DNA of 64,000 nucleotides from Eledone cirrhosa (GCA_964016885.1 OZ024765.1:21700001-21764000), one strand, 5' to 3'; shown: positions 40,505 through 55,204, counted from the first letter of the stretch. Made by a program: numbers and translations. The notes: generated by a model not told the origin, from the sequence alone.

Positions 40505-42110
40505 TAACATTTACATTACTCTATATATACTATTGTATTTTCACAGTAAAGTCTTTACCTTACATAATATCTCACATAACATTTACATTACTCTATATAT
40601 ACTATTGTATTTTCACAGTAAAGGCTTTACCTCACATAATATCTCACATAACATTTACATTACTCTATATATACTATTGTATTTTCACAGTAAAGACTTT
40701 ACCTCACATAATATCTCACAACATTTACATTACTTTATATATACTATTATATTGTCACAGTGAAGGCTTTACCTCACATAATATCTCACATAACATTTAC
40801 ATTACTCTATATATACTATTGTATTTTCACAGTAAAGGCTTTACCTCACATAATATCTCACATAACATTTACATTACTCTATATATACTATTGTATTTCC
40901 ACAGTAAAGGCTTTACCTCACATAGCATTTACATTACTCTATATATACTATTGTATTTCCACAGTAAAGGCTTTACCTTACATAATATCTCACATAACAT
41001 TTACATTACTCTATATATACTATTGTATTACCACAGTAAAGGCTTTACCTTACATAATATCTCGCATAACATTTACATTACTCTATATATACTATTGTAT
41101 TTTCACAGTAAATGCTTTACCTTACATAATATCTCACATAACATTTACATTACTCTATATATACTATTGTATTTTCACAGTAAAGGCTTTACCTCACATA
41201 ATATCTCACATAACATTTACATTACTCTATATATACTATTGTATTTTCACAGTAAAGGCTTTACCTCACATAATATCTCATAACATTTACATTACTCTAT
41301 ATATACTATTGTATTTTCACAGTAAAGGCTTTACCTCACATAATATTTACATTACTCTATATATACTATTGTATTTTCACAGTAAAGACTTTACCTCACA
41401 TAATATCTCACACAACATTTACATTACTCTATATATACTATTGTATTTTCACAGTAAAGACTTTACCTCACATAATATCTCACATTTACATTACTCTATA
41501 TATACTAGTATATTGTCACAGTAAAGGCTTTGCCTCACATAATATCTCACATAACATTTACATTACTCTATATATACTATTGTATTTTCACAGTAAAGTG
41601 TTTACCTCACATAATATCTCACAACATTTACATTACTCTATATATACTATTGTATTTTCACAGTAAAGGCTTTACCTCACATAATATCTCACATAACATT
41701 TACATTACTCTATATATACTATTGTATTTTCACAGTAAAGGCTTTACCTCACAATATCTCGCATAACATTTACATTACTCTATATATACTATTGTATTTT
41801 CACAGTAAAGGCTTTACCTCACATAATATCTCACATAACATTTACATTACTCTATATATACTATTGTATTTTCACAGTAAAGACTTTACCTCACATAATA
41901 TCTCACATAACATTTACATTACTCTATATATACTATTGTATTTTCACAGTAAAGACTTTACCTCACAACATTTACATTACTCTATATATACTATTGTATT
42001 TTCACAGTAAAGGCTTTACCTCACATAATATCTCACATAACATTTACTTTACTCTATATATACTATTGTATTTTCACAGTAAAGACTTTACCTCACAACA
42101 TTTACATTAG
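40505..42110. repeat. 72-bp AT-rich satellite (INSIG last intron)
   Basis: Unit catttacattactctatatatactattgtattttcacagtaaaggctttacctcacataatatctcacataa; a second array lies at 58305-59550. Confidence 0.97.
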
Positions 42111-42494
42111 GTAAAATACTATTATAACAAAATTATTTCCATTAGATTTGTTTTGGTCCATCTCTTTATAAAGAAATTTTCTGTACACTGAATTTTTTTT
42201 ATACCTCATGAACCTCGTTATGTCCTTGACACAACTAAAGGATCCTTCTAACCCTTTGTTTGCATTTTAATCAGTGTACCTGGTATTTTGGCCACAATGT
42301 TGCTGGTATTTTAAGCACGTAATACATTGTATTTCAGCCAAAGAGAACACAGAATTATTGGATGGAGGACCTTGTATCTTGGTTATAGAAGAAAAAGGGT
42401 AAAGTCTGAAATACAAGGGGCCGAAATAGGGTTCCTTTGAAGGGTTTTTTAGAGTAATGTTACTTGATAGAGTGTGTAGCTCTGATATCAGAGT

Positions 42495-43080
42495 ATTGTG
42501 GTGTAGTGTGGGTGTGGTGCAGTGCAGTGTGACGTGGTGCACTGTGCTGTAGTGTGGTGTAGTGCACTGTGCTGTAGTGTGGTGTGGTGTGGTGTAGTGT
42601 GGTGTAATGTAGTGTGCTGTAGTGTAGTGTGGTGTGGTGTGCTGTAGTGTAGTGCAGTGTGCTGTAGTGTAGTGCTGTAGTGTGGTGTGGTGTAATGTAG
42701 TGTGCTGTGTAGTGTGGTGTGCTGTAGTATGGTGTGGTGTGCTGTAGTATGGTGTAGTGTGGTGTAGTATAGTGCACTGTGCTGTAGTGTGGTGTAATGT
42801 AGTGTAATGTGGTGTAGTGTAGTGTGTAGTGTAGTGTAGTGTGGTGTGCTGTAGTGTGGTGTAATGTAGTGTAGTGCGGTGTGCTGTAGTGTAGTGTAGT
42901 GTGGTGTGGTGTGGTGTAGTGTGGTGTAATGTGTAATGTAGTGTAGTGTGCTGTACTGTGCTGCAGTGTAGTGCACTGTGTTGCACTGTAGTGTAGTGTA
43001 GTGTGTAGTGTAGTGTAGTATGTAGTGTAGTGTAGTGTAGTGTAGTGTAGTGTAGTGTAGTGTAGTGTGTTGCAGTGTAG
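42495..43080. repeat. (GTAGT/GTGGT)n low-complexity repeat
   Basis: Direct inspection. Confidence 0.95.
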
Positions 43081-43106
43081 TGGATGCACTAGCCACCACC
43101 ACCATA

Positions 43107-43350
43107 CACTAATGTGCATCAGAGAGGAGATATGTGCAGTATTGTAACTTACCATTGAAAGCTGCCTGTCTATGCTACATCAATGGTGCAGTAAAGTGCA
43201 CTAATGTGCATGAGAGAGGAGATATGTGCAGTATTGTAACTTACCATTGAAAGCTGCCTGTCTATGCTACATCAATGGTGCAGTAAAGTGCACTAATGTG
43301 CATCAGAGAGGAGATATGTGCAGTATTGTAACTTACCATTGCAAGCTGTC
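43107..43350 (-). repeat. 92-bp tandem repeat (~2.6 copies) that includes the INSIG exon 4 donor site
   Basis: acttaccattg at 43147, 43239 and 43331. Confidence 0.92.
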
Positions 43351-43436
43351 GGCCGATGTTTCCCATCGTTACACCACCAGAGAAGAAGACACAAGGAAGC
43401 CAAGACCTTACAAAAAGAAAATCAGGTTCTGTATAC
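43337..43436 (-). CDS. INSIG: INSIG coding exon 4 (100 bp)
   Basis: (R)[33 protein letters not shown]; tag| acceptor and |gtaagt donor. Confidence 0.96.
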
Positions 43437-44800
43437 CTACAAGAAGACATGGTGGGGACCGTGTTACTGTAGGGTTCACAACTACAACACACACCACTGT
43501 CATACTACCACCTATACAACACCACTGTACTGCCACCTATACAACACCACTGTCATACTACCACCTATACAACACCACTGTACTGCCACCTATACCTACA
43601 AGAAGACATGGTGGGGACCGTGTTACTGTAGGGTTCACAACTACAACACACACCACTGTCATACTACCACCTATACCTACAAGACATGGTGGGGACCGTG
43701 TTACTGTAGGGTTCACAACTACAACACACACCACTGTCATACTACCACCTCTACAACACCACTGTACTACCACCTATACCTACAAGACATGGTGGGGACC
43801 GTGTTACTGTAGGGTTCACAACTACAACACACACCACTGTCATACTACCACCTATACAACACCACTGTACTACCACCTATACCTACAAGACATGGTGGGG
43901 ACCGTGTTACTGTAGGGTTCACAACTACAACACACACCACTGTCATACTACCACCTATACAACACCACTGTACTGCCACCTATACCTACAAGAAGACATG
44001 GTGGGGACCGTGTTACTGTAGGGTTCACAACTACAACACACACCACTGTCATACTACCACCTATACCTACAAGACATGGTGGGGACCGTGTTACTGTAGG
44101 GTTCACAACTACAACACACACCACTGTCATACTACCACCTATACAACACCACTGTACTGCCACCTATACAACACCACTGTCATATTACCACCTATACAAC
44201 ACCACTGTACTGCCACCTATACCTACAAGAAGACATGGTGGGGACCGTGTTACTGTAGGGTTCACAACTACAACACACACCACTGTCATACTACCACCTA
44301 TACAACACCACTGTACTGCCACCTATACCTACAAGAAGACATGGTGGGGACCGTGTTACTGTAGGGTTCACAACTACAACACACACCACTGTCATACTAC
44401 CACCTATACAACACCACTGTACTACCACCTATACCTACAAGAAGACATGGTGGGGACCGTGTTACTGTAGGGTTCACAACTACAACACACACCACTGTCA
44501 TACTACCACCTATACAACACCACTGTACTACCACCTATACCTACAAGACATGGTGGGGACCGTGTTACTGTAGGGTTCACAACTACAACACACACCACTG
44601 TCATACTACCACCTATACAACACCACTGTACTACCACCTATACCTACAAGACATGGTGGGGACCGTGTTACTGTAGGGTTCACAACTACAACACACACCA
44701 CTGTCATACTACCACCTATACCTACAACAAGACATGGTGGGGACTGTGTTACTGTAGGGTTCACAACTACAACACACTCCACTGTCATACTACCACCTCC
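43432..44800 (-). repeat. Composite ~80-106-bp tandem repeat that includes the INSIG exon 4 acceptor
   Basis: tatacctacaag(aag)acatggtggggaccgtgttactgtaggg... repeated about 13 times. Confidence 0.92.
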
Positions 44801-45520
44801 ACACCACCACAACATTACCACCACACCAACGCCACAACCACAGTACCACAAACACCACCAACACCACTACCACCACACCGCCACGACACTACCACCACAA
44901 CCACACCACACCACCACCACAACACACCACCTCACCAACACCACACCGCACCACCACAACCACCCACACCACTACCACACCACACCACCACCACACCAAC
45001 ACTTCACCACCAGCACCACACCACACCAACACTTCACCACCACACCACACCACAATTCACCACCACCACCACACCAAACACCACCCCACCAACACTTCAC
45101 TACCAGCACCACCACCCCCCAACACTTCACCACCAGCAACACACCACACCAACACTTCACCACCAGCACCACACCACCCCATCACACTTCACCACCAGCA
45201 CCACACCACCACACCACTTCACCACCACACCACACCACCCCACACCACCACAACACTTCACCACCAGCACCACCCCCCAACACTTCACTACCAGCACCAC
45301 CACCCCCCAACACTTCACCACCAGCAACACACCACACCACCACCACACCACACCACCACAACACTTCACCACCAGCACCACCCCCCAACACTTCACTACC
45401 AGCACCACCACCCCCCAACACTTCACCACCAGCACCACACCACACCACCACAACACTTCACCACCACCAGCACCCCCCCCTCACCACAAGCACCCCCCCC
45501 ACACCACACCCCCCCACCAA
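44800..45520. repeat. (CAC)n-rich low-complexity repeat
   Basis: Direct inspection. Confidence 0.92.
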
Positions 45521-45540
45521 TAATAAGTAACTTGACCTAC

Positions 45541-45707
45541 CTGTAAACTCCGTTGTAGACCAACAGTTGAGCTATAAATGTAGCTAGGACTGCAATACCA
45601 ACACCAAGACCAAAACCACTTCGAGATCGGTCAAACAACCACCACAGCCCTATAGACATGGCTGCTAGTGTCATAGACAGCTGCATGTTGTTGGCAAAAT
45701 CTATTTT
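45541..45707 (-). CDS. INSIG: INSIG coding exon 3 (167 bp)
   Basis: [55 protein letters not shown]; donor ag|gtaggt. Confidence 0.97.
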
Positions 45708-46089
45708 CTACACAACAGTCAAGGAAATATATATATAAACAATATATACACACATATATATATATACACAGAGAGACATGTATATATATATATATATATA
45801 CATACATACATACATACACATAAAAATATATACATACACACATACACATATACATAAAAATATATACATACACACACACATATACACAAAAATATATACA
45901 TACACACATATACATACACAAAAATATATACATAAACATACACAAAAATATATACATATACATACACACACATGCATATACACATACACACACATACACA
46001 CACAAATATACATACACACATACATAGACATACACAAATACATATAGACAAATATATATACACAACACATATATACTGTGTGTATATAT

Positions 46090-46260
46090 ATATCATCATC
46101 GTTTAACGTCCATATTCCACGCTTACATGGGTTTGGACGGAAGTTTTCCCACTTGAGGCAAGAGTGGATGTCTTGCTCGCATAGGACTGTCTGGCGGGTT
46201 TTCTACGGCTGGATGCCCTTCCTAACACCGACCACATTTACAGTGTGGGGCTGGGAGGTT
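46090..46260 (-). mobile_element. SINE/RTE-related 3' tail fragment
   Basis: rc aggaagggcatccagccgtagaaaacc...ggacgttaaacgatgatga; related copy at 63160-63365. Confidence 0.65.
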
Positions 46261-46499
46261 CTTACCGTGTTACCTACACGGCCACATTACAGCGTGAACT
46301 GTGTGTTTTTTTGTCGTGACACCTACACGACCTCATTTGTTTCGGGCTGGATGTTGTGGTACCAACATAACTTTACATTGAAAGGGGTGGTGTGGATGGG
46401 GTGGGGGTAGTGGGACGGGGGTGTATTTTTGTTAGAGGTGCCTACTGACTGTAGTAGGTTTTACTTTGTATTTAGGTAAGGCGGGTCTTCTCTATTACT

Positions 46500-46822
46500 G
46501 TATAGGCCAAAGATCTCAGTCCAGTGACATTGTCTTGGAGAGGTGTAAGTGTGTGAGGCTGGAATTTATCAGCTCATCCCAGGTTTTTCTGGGTCTGCCT
46601 ACTCCGTGGCTACCGTCTATCTTTATCGCCCTGCACTTTTTTATACAGCTATCGCCCTTCATGCGCATCATGTGACCATACCAACATAGTCTTCTCTCGA
46701 GTAAACAACATCTGATCCCTCTTATTTCTAATTTCTCCCTTAGTTCATTTATGCTTTGCCGTTCACGTATATTACTGTTACACATCCATCGGAGCATGCA
46801 AGCTTCGTTCCTCTCCAGCCTG
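46500..46822 (-). mobile_element. RTE-clade LINE C-terminal fragment inside the U12 intron
   Basis: RLERNEACMLRWMC...ELREKL...ERRLCWYGHMMRM...GRPRKTW. Confidence 0.85.
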
Positions 46823-46847
46823 CGTATATATATATATATATATATAT

Positions 46848-46886
<39 letters not shown>

Positions 46887-46899
46887 TACACACACACAC

Positions 46900-47067
46900 G
46901 GAGGAACATGGCTTAGTGGTTAGAGCATTGGGCTTGCAATCGAAAGGTTGTGAGTTCAATTCTCGGACCAGGTGATGTGTTGTTTCCTTGAGCAAGACAC
47001 TATTTCACGTTGCTCCAGTTTACTCTGCTGTAGAAATGAGATGATAGGGACTGGGGTCCCTATCATT
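46900..47067 (+). mobile_element. SINE family 1, 5' half
   Basis: Matches 23718-23887. Confidence 0.85.
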
Positions 47068-47298
47068 AAATCACCCAAGACACCAACGAGATATACCTTG
47101 GAGAAGGCCAGCTAAACCTGCAGAGGTGTGAGCTGTCACACACTATATATACATGTAAGTATAGTTAAACCTCAGTTCACAAACCTAAATTGTTCCTGAA
47201 AACCGTTTGTTATCGGAAATGTTTGTGAACCAAGGTTCCACTGTACTTAGAATTATTATTATTTGTAGCAGTAGTAGTAGTAGTAGTAAAAAGGATAC

Positions 47299-47423
47299 AG
47301 CACTGGCGTGGTTGATTCCGACAAATACAGCGACACATCTCATAACACTGGACCACTCTCGTCTGTGGGTGTGAGGTTCTCCTAGTTTATTGTCAAGACA
47401 TGGATATAACAGACCTATAATGG
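47299..47423 (-). CDS. INSIG: INSIG coding exon 2 (125 bp)
   Basis: (A)[41 protein letters not shown]; ttccag| acceptor. Confidence 0.97.
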
Positions 47424-47447
47424 CTGGAAAGACAGACAGACAGACAT

Positions 47448-47497
<50 letters not shown>

Positions 47498-47529
47498 TGT
47501 TGTGTGTGTGTGTATATAGATAGATTGTT

Positions 47530-49440
47530 GTGGGAATGTTAAGAGTTTAACATGTAGAGAGCAGAGTTTTGTTGTGGGTGAGTTAGCATTTAAACATGTA
47601 GAGAGATGGGAGGGGGAGGGGGCATTAAGAGTTTAACATGTAGATAGAGAGCAGAGTTTTGTTGTGGGTGAGTTAACATTTAAACATGTAGAGAGCAGAG
47701 TTTTGTTGTGGGTGAGTTAACATTTAAACATGTAGAGAGACGTGGGTGGCATTAAGAGTTGAACATGTAGGGAGCAGAGTTTTGTTGTGGGTGAGTTAAC
47801 ATTTAAACATGTAGAGAGCAGAGTTTTGTTGTGGGTGAGTTAACATTTAAACATGTAGAGAGACGTGGGTGGCATTAAGAGTTTAACATGTAGGGAGCAG
47901 AGTTTTGTTGTGGGTGAGTTAACATTTAAACATGTAGAGAGATGTGGGGGGCATTAAGAGTTTAACATGTAGGGAGCAGAGTTTTGTTGTGGGTGAGTTA
48001 ACATTTAAACATGTAGAGAGATGTGGGGGGCATTAAGAGTTTAACATGTAGGGAGCAGAGTTTTGTTGTGGGTGAGTTAACATTTAAACATGTAGAGAGA
48101 TGTGGGGGGCATTAAGAGTTTAACATGTAGGGAGCAGAGTTTTGTTGTGGGTGAGTTACCATTTAAACATGTAGCGAGCAGAGATTTGTTTTGGGTGAGT
48201 TAACATTTAAACATGTAGAGAGCAGAGTTTTGTTGTGGGTGAGTTAACATTTAAACATGTAGAGAGATGTGGGGGGCATTAAGAGTTAAACATGTAGGGA
48301 GCAGAGTTTTGTTGTGGGTGAGTTAACATTTAAACATGTAGAGATGTGGGGGGCATTAAGAGTTTAACATGTAGAGAGATGTGGGGGGGCATTAAGAGTT
48401 TAACATGTAGAGAGATGTGGAGGGCATTAAGAGTTTAACATGTAGAGAGATGTGGGGAGCATTAAGAGTTTAACATGTAGAGAGCAGTTTTGTTGTGGGT
48501 GAGTTAGTATTTAAACATGTAGAGAGATGGGGGGAGGGCATTAAGAGTTTAACATGTAGAGAGATGTGGGGGGGCATTAAGAGTTAAACATGTAGAGAGC
48601 AGAGATTTGTTGTGGGTGAGTTAACATTTAAACATGTAGAGAGCAGAGTTTTGTTGTGGGTGAGTTAACATTTAAACATGTAGAGAGATGTGGGTGGCAA
48701 GAGTTTTGTTGTGGGTGAGTTAACATTCAAACATGTAGAGAGATGTGGGGGGCATTAAGAGTTTAACATGTAGGGAGCAGAGTTTTGTTGTGGGTGAGTT
48801 AACATTTAAACATGTAGAGATGTGGGGGGCATTAAGAGTAACATGTAGAGAGATGTGGGGGGGCATTAAGAGTTTAACATGTAGAGAGATGTGGAGGGCA
48901 TTAAGAGTTTAACATGTAGAGAGATGTGGGGAGCATTAAGAGTTTAACATGTAGAGAGCAGTTTTGTTGTGGGTGAGTTAGTATTTAAACATGTAGAGAG
49001 ATGGGGGGAGGGCATTAAGAGTTTAACATGTAGAGAGATGTGGGGGGGCATTAAGAGTTAAACATGTAGAGAGCAGAGATTTGTTGTGGGTGAGTTAACA
49101 TTTAAACATGTAGAGAGCAGAGTTTTGTTGTGGGTGAGTTAACATTTAAACATGTAGAGAGATGTGGGGCGCATTAAGAGTTTAACATGTAGAGAGCAGA
49201 GTTTTGTTGTGGGTGAGTTAGCATTTAAACATGTAGAGAGATGTGGGGGGCATTAAGAGTTAGACATGTAGAAAGATGTGGGGACATTAAGAGTTTAACG
49301 AGTAGAGAGCAGAGTTTTGTTGTGGGTGAGTTAACATTTAAACATGGAGAGAGATGTGGGGGGCATTAAGAGTTTAACATGTAGAGAACATGGATTTCGT
49401 TGTGGAGGGGGGGTCTTAAGATTTAATAAACATGTAGAGA
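47530..49440. repeat. Composite satellite of two alternating ~35-41-bp modules
   Basis: gagcagagttttgttgtgggtgagttaacatttaaacatgtag and agatgtggggggcattaagagtttaacatgtag share the aacatgtag core. Confidence 0.95.
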
Positions 49441-49457
49441 AGAAGGGTTATATTTAC

Positions 49458-49632
49458 CAGCTGCTGTCCCACATGTTGGAGGAACCCACCATGTGGAGGA
49501 GAATAGATTTGTGATGACTTCTTGTGGGAAAGAGAGCTGTCGCTGTACCTGTAATAAGTTGAGGACCAGTGTGAAGAAGACTCCAGTCAGAAACAATACA
49601 CAGCCTCGTAGGAGATATCTTACGACTGCCAT
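49458..49632 (-). CDS. INSIG: INSIG coding exon 1 (175 bp of CDS; acceptor gives an exon start at 49645)
   Basis: MAVVRYLLRGCVLFLTGVFFTLVLNLLQVQRQLSFPQEVITNLFSSTWWVPPTCGTAA matches the INSIG1/2 motif RG.VLF..GVF..LVLNLLQ.QR...SS.WWVPP.CGTA; exons sum to 606 nt = 201 aa + stop. An additional upstream coding exon cannot be excluded. Confidence 0.95.
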
Positions 49633-49699
49633 CTTTTGTTTGAATCTGAAAGGACAGAAACCACAAGAAAATATATTAAACAGAGCTCTAATTTACACA

Positions 49700-49760
49700 C
49701 ATATATACATATATACACATACATATATATAATATATATACATGTATGTATATATTATAT

Positions 49761-49799
<39 letters not shown>

Positions 49800-51132
49800 T
49801 ATATATTATATATATATATATAAATATATATATTATATATATAAATATATATATTATATAAAATATATATATTATATATATATAAATATACATATATATA
49901 AAATATATATATTATATATATATAAATATACATATATATAATATATATATTATATATATATAAATATACATATATATAATATATATATATAAATATACAT
50001 ATATATAATATATATATATAAATATACATATATATAATATATATATATAAATATACATATATATAATATATATATATAAATATACATATATATAATATAT
50101 ATATATAAATATACATATATATAATATATATATATAAATATACATATATATAATATATATATATAAATATACATATATATAATATATATATATAAATATA
50201 CATATATATAAATAAATATACATATATATATATATAAATATACATATATATATATATAAATATACATATATATAATATATATATAATATACATATATATA
50301 ATATATATATAAATACACATATATATAATATATATATAAATACACATATATATAATATATATATAAATATACATATATATAATATATATATATAAATATA
50401 CATATATATAATATATATATATAAATATACATATATATAATATACATATATAAATATACATATATATAATATATATATATAAATATACATATATATAATA
50501 TACATATATATAATATATATATAATATACATATATATAATATATATATAATATACATATATAATATATATAAATATACATATATATAATATACATATATA
50601 TATTATCTATATATACATATATATATTATATATATATATATATATAAATATACATATATATATTATATATATATACATATATAAATATTCATATATATAT
50701 TATATATATATACATATATATATTATATATATATACATATATAAATATACATATATATATTATATATATATACATATATAAATATACATATATATATTAT
50801 ATATATATACATATATAAATATACATATATATATTATCTATATATACAGATATATATTATATATATATATATATATAAATATACAGATATATATTATATA
50901 TATATATATATATAAATATACATATATATATTATCTATATATACATATATAAATATACATATATATATTATCTATATATACATATATAAATATACATATA
51001 TATATTATCTATATATACATATATAAATATACATATATATATTATCTATATATACATATATAAATATACATATATATATTATCTATATATACATATATAA
51101 ATATACATATATATATTATCTATATATACATA

Positions 51133-51163
<31 letters not shown>

Positions 51164-54100
51164 AATATACATATATATATTATATATATATACATATAAA
51201 TATATATATATATATATATATAAATATACATATATATATTATATATATATACATATAAATATATATATATATATATTATATATATATACATATAAATATA
51301 TATATATATATTATATATATATACATATATATATTATATATATATACATATATATATTATATATATATATATATATAAATATACATATATATATTATCTA
51401 TATATACATATATATATTATCTATATATAGATATATATATTATCTATATATACATATATATATTATATATATATATATAAATATACATATATATATTATC
51501 TATATATACATATATATTTTATCTATATATACATATATATATTATATATATATATATATAAATATTATATATATATATATATAAATATACATATATATAT
51601 TATATATATATATAAATATACATATATATAAATATACATATATATATATATAAATATACATATATATATATAAATATACATATATATAATATATATGCAA
51701 AAGTTTTATTTAAAATTGTTGGGTTACAACAAGTAAATATTTTATAACTGATATAAAGCACTCGACAATTTTTGGAGTAGATATACGATATTAAATAAAT
51801 GGAAACTATATTTATAAAACCATATTTATTTCATTATACATATTTCAGGTATCTCTGAAATATGTATAATGAAATAAATATGGTTTTATAAATATAGTTT
51901 CCATTTGTTTAATATTGCATATATCTAATATATATATATATATAAATATACATAATATATATATATATAAATATACATATATATGTATATTATATATATA
52001 CATAATATATATACATATACATATATATGTATATTATATATATACATAATATATATAAATATACATATAATATATATATAAATATACATATAATATAATA
52101 TATATATAAATATACATATATATATAAATATACATATATATATAAATATACATATATATATATAAATATACATATATATATATAAATATACATATATATA
52201 TATAAATATACATATATATATATACATATATATATATAAATATACATATATATATATACATATATATATATAAATATACATATATAAATATACATATATA
52301 TATATAAATATACATATATAAATATACATATATATATATAAATATACATATATATATATATATATAAATATACATATATAAATATACATATATATATATA
52401 AATATACATATATATATATAAATATACATATATAAATATACATATATATATAAATATACATATATATATATATAAATATACATATATAAATATACATATA
52501 TATATAAATATACATATATATATATATAAATATACATATATATAAATATACATATATATATATAAATATACATATAAATATACATATATATATACATATA
52601 CATATAAATATACATATATATATATAAATATACATATAAATATACATATATATATACATATACATATAAATATACATATATATATAAATATACATATATA
52701 TAAATATACATATTTATAAATATACATATATATATAAATATAGATATATATATAAATATACATATATATATAAATATAGATATATATATAAATATACATA
52801 TATATATAAATATACATATATATATAAATATACATATATGTATATATATAATATATATAAATATACATATATATATAAATATACATATATATAATATATA
52901 TATATATATATAAATATACATAAATATACATATATATAATATATATATATATATATACATATAAATATTCATATATATAATATATATATATATATAAATA
53001 TACATATATATATAAATATACATATATAATATATATTATATATATACACAAAATATATATATACATATATATATATAATATATATACATATATATAATAT
53101 ATATATACATATATATAATATATATATACATATATATAATATATCTATACATATATATAATATATATATACATATATATAATATATATATACATATATAT
53201 AATATATATATACATATATATAACATATATATACATATATATAACATATATATACATATATATAACATATATATACATATATATAATATTTATATACATA
53301 TATATAATATATATATACATATATATAATATATATATACATATATACATATATATAATATATATATACATATATATAATATATATATACATATATATAAT
53401 ATATATATACATATATACATATATATAACATATATATACATATATATAATATATATATACATATATATATACATATAGATATATATACATATATATAATA
53501 TATACATATACATATAGATATATATACATATATATAATATATATATACATATACATATAGATATATATACATATATATAATATATACATATACATATAGA
53601 TATATATACATATATATAATATATATATACATATACATATAGATATATATACATATATATAATATATATATACATATATATAATATATATATACATATAG
53701 ATATATATACATATATATAGTATATATATACATATATATAGTATATATATACATATACATAGTATATATATACATATACATATAGATATATATACATATA
53801 TATAATATATATATACATATATATAATATATATATACATATAGATATATATACATATATATAGTATATATATACATATATATAATATATATACATATATA
53901 TAATATATATATATACATATATATAATATATATATATACATATATATAATATATATATACATATATATAATATATATATATACATATATATAATATATAT
54001 ATATACATATATATAATATATATATACATATATATAATATATATATACATATATATAATATATATATACATATATATAATATATATATAGATATATATAC

Positions 54101-54413
54101 ATATATATAATATATATATACATATATATAATATATATATACATATATATAATATATATATAGATATATATACATATATATAATATATATATACATATAT
54201 ATATATATACATATATATAATATATATATACATATATATACATATATATATATATACATATATATAATATATATATACATATATATATATACATATACAT
54301 ATATATATATATACATATACATATATATATATACATATATATAATATATATATACATATATATAATATATATATACATATATATATATATACATATATAT
54401 AATATATATATAC

Positions 54414-54444
<31 letters not shown>

Positions 54445-54598
54445 CATATATATAATATATACATATATATATATATACATATATATAATATATATATACA
54501 TATATATATATATACATATATATAATATATATATAATATATATATACATATACATATACATATACATAATATACATATACATATATATATATACATAT
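49700..54598. repeat. ~4.9-kb AT-rich compound microsatellite, interrupted at 51697-51920
   Basis: Direct inspection. Confidence 0.97.
51786..51917. repeat. Fold-back hairpin centred within stem II of a 19270-type hammerhead
   Basis: Arms ~61 bp around gtatct; the right arm starts ctGAAATATGTATAatgaaata, the 3' half of the ribozyme. Confidence 0.8.
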
Positions 54599-54599
54599 G

Positions 54600-55197
54600 G
54601 TGGCTGCCAACTCGTTTTCGAGTACGGCCACTACTTTATATCCATGTAGGAGAACCCCTACCGATGCGCTGAACGAATGTGACTTTTTAGTCCAGCCAGC
54701 GACTTGAAAACTCTGGTACAAAGACTACACTTGTGACCATTATTGACACATAGTGCAGGGCCCATGGTACCATGTGATGACAAGTGCAGAGAGATCTCCA
54801 GATATAAAGCAATGCCTGTGCTGTGAAGCTTTTATAGTGAGCAAAGGCACTGCACAAAGCCAGTCCCACTCTCTTAACCAAGATGATATTTACCAAAAAG
54901 AAGAACAAGTCAACATCATTGGATACCATCAGGGTTGCAGGTGTTATATCAGAGTTTTCCTTCTCCTAGAATTCTGCCTTGACAAAGGCTAAGGGGTCAT
55001 CTCTCCCGGTGATTTTGGATGGCTATTGACTCTTAAGAGCTCCTTTGACAGGTTTTGTTTTTAGTCCTGCAGGATGTCCAAAGTCACCCTCCTCACCAAG
55101 AAACCTTGGTGGGGTTGCCAGTTTAGTCGCCAACGACCCGACCATGAGACAGGTTGTACTGGGATACATGTTACCAGTAGCACCAACTGGTGACCTG
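54600..55197 (-). mobile_element. Probable RTE-clade LINE 5' region
   Basis: rc contains gtcgttggcgactaa and ctaggagaaggaaaactctga, motifs I recall from RTE 5' regions; GC-balanced island between TA tracts. Confidence 0.5.
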
Positions 55198-55204
55198 ACA
55201 TATA

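Larger units (their letters stand above)
45708..47298 (-). other. U12-type (minor spliceosome) GT-AG intron of INSIG, 1591 bp
   Basis: 5' splice site GTATCCTTT; branch site TTCCTTGAC (45726-45718) about 10 nt from the TAG acceptor; no polypyrimidine tract. Confidence 0.93.

Noticed and set aside
42267-42300. Alternative last INSIG exon (cag|gtacactgattaa)
   Set aside because: No polypyrimidine tract and no similarity to the INSIG C-terminus; 40434-40396 fits much better
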